Origin: Eledone cirrhosa
Taxonomy: Eukaryota
NCBI GenBank assembly: GCA_964016885.1
Contig: OZ024743.1
Span: forward strand, 374,852,001-374,916,000
Length of the DNA: 64,000 nt
Reading direction: 5' to 3'
In this document: piece after piece, positions 56,942-64,000 of the stretch
Numbering within the stretch: position 1 is the first letter of the stretch
Layout of the letters: the number at the start of each line of letters is the position of its first letter
Program-made: the position numbers and the translations under genes
Notes under the pieces: model-generated
What the model was told of the DNA's origin: nothing
The model's database searches: none
Seen by the model: only the letters and a program-made list of their open reading frames with translations

Positions 56942-56978
56942 TTTTTGAAAAGCATTTAGAAATGCGCAACCGGTAAAA
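56942..56978 (+). ncRNA. Hammerhead-like motif, U3-A8 core with GCAA in place of GAAA (mirror at ~53155-53195)
   Basis: ttt TTGAAAA gcatt taga aatgc GCAA ccgg TA aaa. Confidence 0.55.
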
Positions 56979-57139
56979 ACTTAAAAACTTAAAACCACAA
57001 CTGAATACTAACCCATACAATTACTAATACTCTTTTATTCCTAATTAAACCATTTTTCAACTGTGAACAATTTGTCAGCATTTTCTATTCCGTTTACCAA
57101 TATATAATAACTTGTGTGTTACACCTCTATTCTTTTAAC

Positions 57140-58935
<1,796 letters not shown>

Positions 58936-58951
58936 TGTATATATATATATG

Positions 58952-59362
<411 letters not shown>

Positions 59363-59383
59363 ATTATATATATATATATATAT

Positions 59384-60738
59384 AATGATACGAAATGAAA
59401 GGAGCTGTATAATTACTAAAAACAAGGTTTAGGGTGGTGGTTAGGACGGAACAAGAGGAGAAAAGAGGAAGAAATCCTTCGTCAGCTGTAAAACTGCGAT
59501 CCAGATGTTTCGGCGCTTATTTACAGGATATCTGTAGCGATCGGGTGCGCCCAATGCCTTTTCTTAATCAAACGGCCAGGAGGAAAAGACGGTTACTCAT
59601 TTGCTTGTTTCTTTGTTTCTTTGTCCTGTGTCTTCCCACGATGGGATCTATTCACCTACTTTTTCTCTTTTTTTTCCCTTTTCTCTTTCGTCCTCCCTCC
59701 TCACCACCTTTCCCCCTTTGTTCTTCTTCCTATTTTAGCTCTTTTTCCTTCCTTTTTTCTCTCCTTTTCTCTTCTTTTCCTCTTGGCCTTTTGATTAAGA
59801 AAAGGCATTGGGTGCCCCGATCGCTACATATGTCCTGTAAATAAGCGCCGAAACATCTGGATCGTGGTTTTACAGCTGACCAAGGATTCTTTCCTCTTCT
59901 CTCCTTTTGTTCTGTCCTAACCACCATCCTAAACTTTGTTTTTAGTAACGACACAGCTCCTTTCGTTTCGTATCATTCTGTATTTACTGTTGTGACTCCC
60001 CTCTACCTGCTTTGTTCGATCTGTATTCCTACCACACTTTCGCATCGTCTCTCCCCTTCTCTTTTCCCTTCTCCTCCCCACACCTTTTTTTCATTCTCTC
60101 TCCCTCTCTCTATCCATCCGTTCGGTTTTGATTGTTAGCATGTTCACACGTGTTGTAAAACTCCTCTGTTGGCAATCTTTTACGACACGTTTTACCACAG
60201 TCGTAAAACCCCTTTGCATTATCTCCCTTTCCCTTCTCCCTCTCACTTCCAATTGTTCATGTCTCTCTCTCTCACTCTCTTTCGTCTATGAGAGAGTCAC
60301 CACGATTAATACGTTCTTCTAGTTAGAGCCCATCACCAGGCTTATGTCTATCAGGTGGGCTATAACTTACTTATCCTATTTTTTCGCGGTTACTCATTTG
60401 CTTGTTTTTTTTTGTCCTGTGCCTTCCCACGATGGGATCTGTTCACCTGTTTCTTCTCCTTTTTTCCTTTTTCTCTTTCTTCCTCCCTCCTCACCGCCTT
60501 TCCCCCTTTGTTCATCTTCCTATTTTCCCTCTTTTTCCTTCCTTTTTTCTCTCTTTTTTCTCTCCTTTTCTCTTCTTTTCCTCCAGGCCGTTTGATTAAG
60601 AAAAGGGCTTGGGCGCACCCGATCACTACATATGTCCTGTAAATAAGCGTCGAAACATCGGGATCGTGGTTTTACAGCTGACGAAGGTTTCTTTCCTCTT
60701 TTCTCCTCTTGTTCCGCCCTAACCACCATCCTAATCCT
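59384..60738 (+). mobile_element. Non-coding tandem-plus-inverted repeat element between (TA)n tracts
   Basis: 59384-59589 inverted at 59773-59977; 59591-59932 repeated directly at 60388-60733. Confidence 0.75.
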
Positions 60739-60740
60739 TA

Positions 60741-60788
<48 letters not shown>

Positions 60789-61305
60789 CAAAATATTGGT
60801 CAACCCGAGTCTATATGGGGAAAGAGAGCTGCTTAAGCTAATCTACCACGCAATGGCGCCGAACAAGCGAACAGAGCGTAGTCTGGGCCTGTTGTTTATT
60901 TAATTGATTAATTGAGTGGTCAGCTTTGGAAATATACTGCCTTTATTCATCTTTAACGACTCCGTTTAGAAGGAAGAAAAACGAAGATACGGCGTAATAA
61001 TGATAAAGAGATGAAAATCTTAAAAGTAGAGAAAATATATAATAGACACAACAGACAGGCAGAAAACATACACACACACTCAATAAATACAACACACACA
61101 TATATATATACATACATACATATATATATATATACACACACATACACATACACACACACTCAATGAATACAACACACACATATATATATATACACATACA
61201 CATAAACATACACACAGACTCAATGAATACAACACACACACACACATATATATATATATATTTGGATACATACATACACATACACACAGACTCAATGAAT
61301 ACGAC

Positions 61306-61380
<75 letters not shown>

Positions 61381-61470
61381 TCATTGAGTCTGTGTGTATG
61401 TGTATGTGTCTGTATATATATATATATTTATGTAGTATGTATATATATGTGTTTGCGTTGTCTTTATTGA

Positions 61471-61509
<39 letters not shown>

Positions 61510-61703
61510 AAAACACATACATAGAAACACAATGAATACAACACAAACACATACACAGAAACATATAGAAGCTGAAGGGAAAGAAAACTGGTTTGGTGAT
61601 GGAGAAAGCTGGAAACCGGCTCCGGAACTCAAAGTACTTTAACATTTCTACAAAACAATGTTCGGTAAGTTAGTCCACAAAGCGAAATATATATATAGCT
61701 GTC

Positions 61704-61825
<122 letters not shown>

Positions 61826-61826
61826 A

Positions 61827-61863
<37 letters not shown>

Positions 61864-61868
61864 ACTCA

Positions 61869-61899
<31 letters not shown>

Positions 61900-61900
61900 A

Positions 61901-61968
<68 letters not shown>

Positions 61969-62025
61969 ATTTCCCACTCTCTCTCTCTTCATATATCTAT
62001 ATGAATATATGTAGGTCACACACTA

Positions 62026-62105
<80 letters not shown>

Positions 62106-62207
62106 TATATATGTAATATATATATATGATGTATATATATGTATATACATCATATATATGGGTACATACATATATATGTTATATATATATATATTCATAT
62201 ATATATA

Positions 62208-62355
<148 letters not shown>

Positions 62356-62498
62356 AGTTAAACAAGATTCAATGATGATTACACCAAAGAATGAGTTTTA
62401 CAGTAGATTGGAAGCACTCTACAAGAAAAATATTTTCCAGAGTTATTAATATTAAAATCCAAATATTAATAAAATAGATGTTCTTGTGATCAATAAAA

Positions 62499-62562
62499 TT
62501 TTATTATACATATTTCAGAGGTACTTGAATAAGGTTCAACAGTACGTCCTCACCAGATAAAA
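62499..62562 (-). ncRNA. Hammerhead relic (core CTGGTGA)
   Basis: Reverse complement: ttttat CTGGTGA gga..tct GAAA tatgta TA ataaaa; related to 15171 and 52622. Confidence 0.55.
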
Positions 62563-62683
62563 TAAAATGATACATGACATACCCTGAGATGTTAGATGGT
62601 TATGAATTTTAATATATATATATATATATTTATGTGTGTGTGTGTATAGATATACATCATATATATGTAATATATATATATGC

Positions 62684-62735
<52 letters not shown>

Positions 62736-62744
<9 letters not shown>

Positions 62745-63086
62745 TAAACGGAAAAGAAGATGCTGACAAATTGTTCACAGTGAAAAATAGTTTAATTAGG
62801 AATAAGTGAGAATTAGTAATATATTGGTTAGTATTCAGTTTTGGTTTTAAGTTTTACCGGCTGCGCATTTCTAATATTTTTCAAAAATAATTTTGAGATA
62901 GAGCGTCCGTGATTTTTGCTCTGATCAGGTAAAACTTAAAACCAAAACTGAATACTAACCAATACTATTACTAATTCTCACTTATTCCTAATTAAACTAT
63001 TTTTCACTGTGAACAATTTGTCAGCATTTTCTTATCCGTTTACCAATATATCATAACTTGTGTGTTACACCTCTATTCTTTTAAAT
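62736..63086 (+). mobile_element. Small fold-back of the same pLTR family as 53027-57139
   Basis: 62736-62858 inverted at 62928-63050; same tail cataacttgtgtgttacacctctattcttttaa. Confidence 0.85.
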
Positions 63087-63298
<212 letters not shown>

Positions 63299-63775
63299 GC
63301 ATATATATATATTACATATATATGATGTATATCTATACACACATAAATATATATATATATATTATATGTAGTATGTAGTATGAAAATATGTTCAAAAGGC
63401 AAAGAAAATATATAAGACATCCTTTCGAGTGAAGTAACTGTGTGTCGAGTCACGTAAGTAGATACAGAAATGTCTTTTGACAGAAATACAAGTAAGGAAC
63501 AAAGGCATGATTTTTGGCGAGAGTAAATTTAAAAGGAACGAAATATTTTGGGTCATTCGAAGGAAGTCCTTGCTCCTCACATACACAAGCCCACACAAAC
63601 ACACATACATATACATGTATACATTCTTTTACTGGTTGACTTGGGCGATGCAGAAACACAGCTCTGATCATATTGTCTCCAGTACTTAATATATTTTTCA
63701 AGTCCATCACATATTTCTTTTGTCGGAGCGCTATGATACGTGACATAAACAGACAACATAAACAGCACAGAAATA

Positions 63776-63861
<86 letters not shown>

Positions 63862-64000
63862 CCTCAACCTACAGGCTCTGTTTATAAGTCTGTAGGTTGA
63901 GGAAGAGAGCAAAAGGAAGAAAGGAGCACTTGCACAACACGCTCCTTGAGTTGAGGGTTGTTCTATCGACGGGGTATTAAACAACCCATTTGTGGCGCCT

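Overview
Eukaryotic, AT-rich intergenic or intronic DNA, saturated with microsatellites and transposons. I could not support any host protein-coding exon, and most ORF-track entries are translated (TA)n/(CA)n/(GA)n/(TATG)n repeats. The repeat content resembles a cephalopod (octopus-like) genome, which is inference only. Recognisable coding remnants are all from retroelements: an open-frame, 5'-truncated R4/Dong-type RT+RLE LINE in a (TAA)n tract, a decayed second copy, a CRE-type LINE with a 5' inversion, RTE and CR1 fragments, and five Penelope-like element (PLE) segments (Naiad- and Neptune-like; RT and/or GIY-YIG). There are also many tRNA-derived SINEs, hAT and Tc1/mariner MITEs, and Helitron-like 3' ends. 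The main signal is a recurring architecture of about 10 fold-back insertions in (TA)n tracts: (TA)n, inverted truncated copy, direct copy with extra 3' tail, (TA)n. About 12 loci fold by eye into minimal type I hammerhead ribozymes, three with a compensatory U3-A8 core. Some insertions are accompanied by inverted duplication of flanking DNA. One fold-back reveals a circularly permuted ~260-nt unit containing a tRNA-like sequence. All structures were read by eye, so coordinates are approximate to a few bases.
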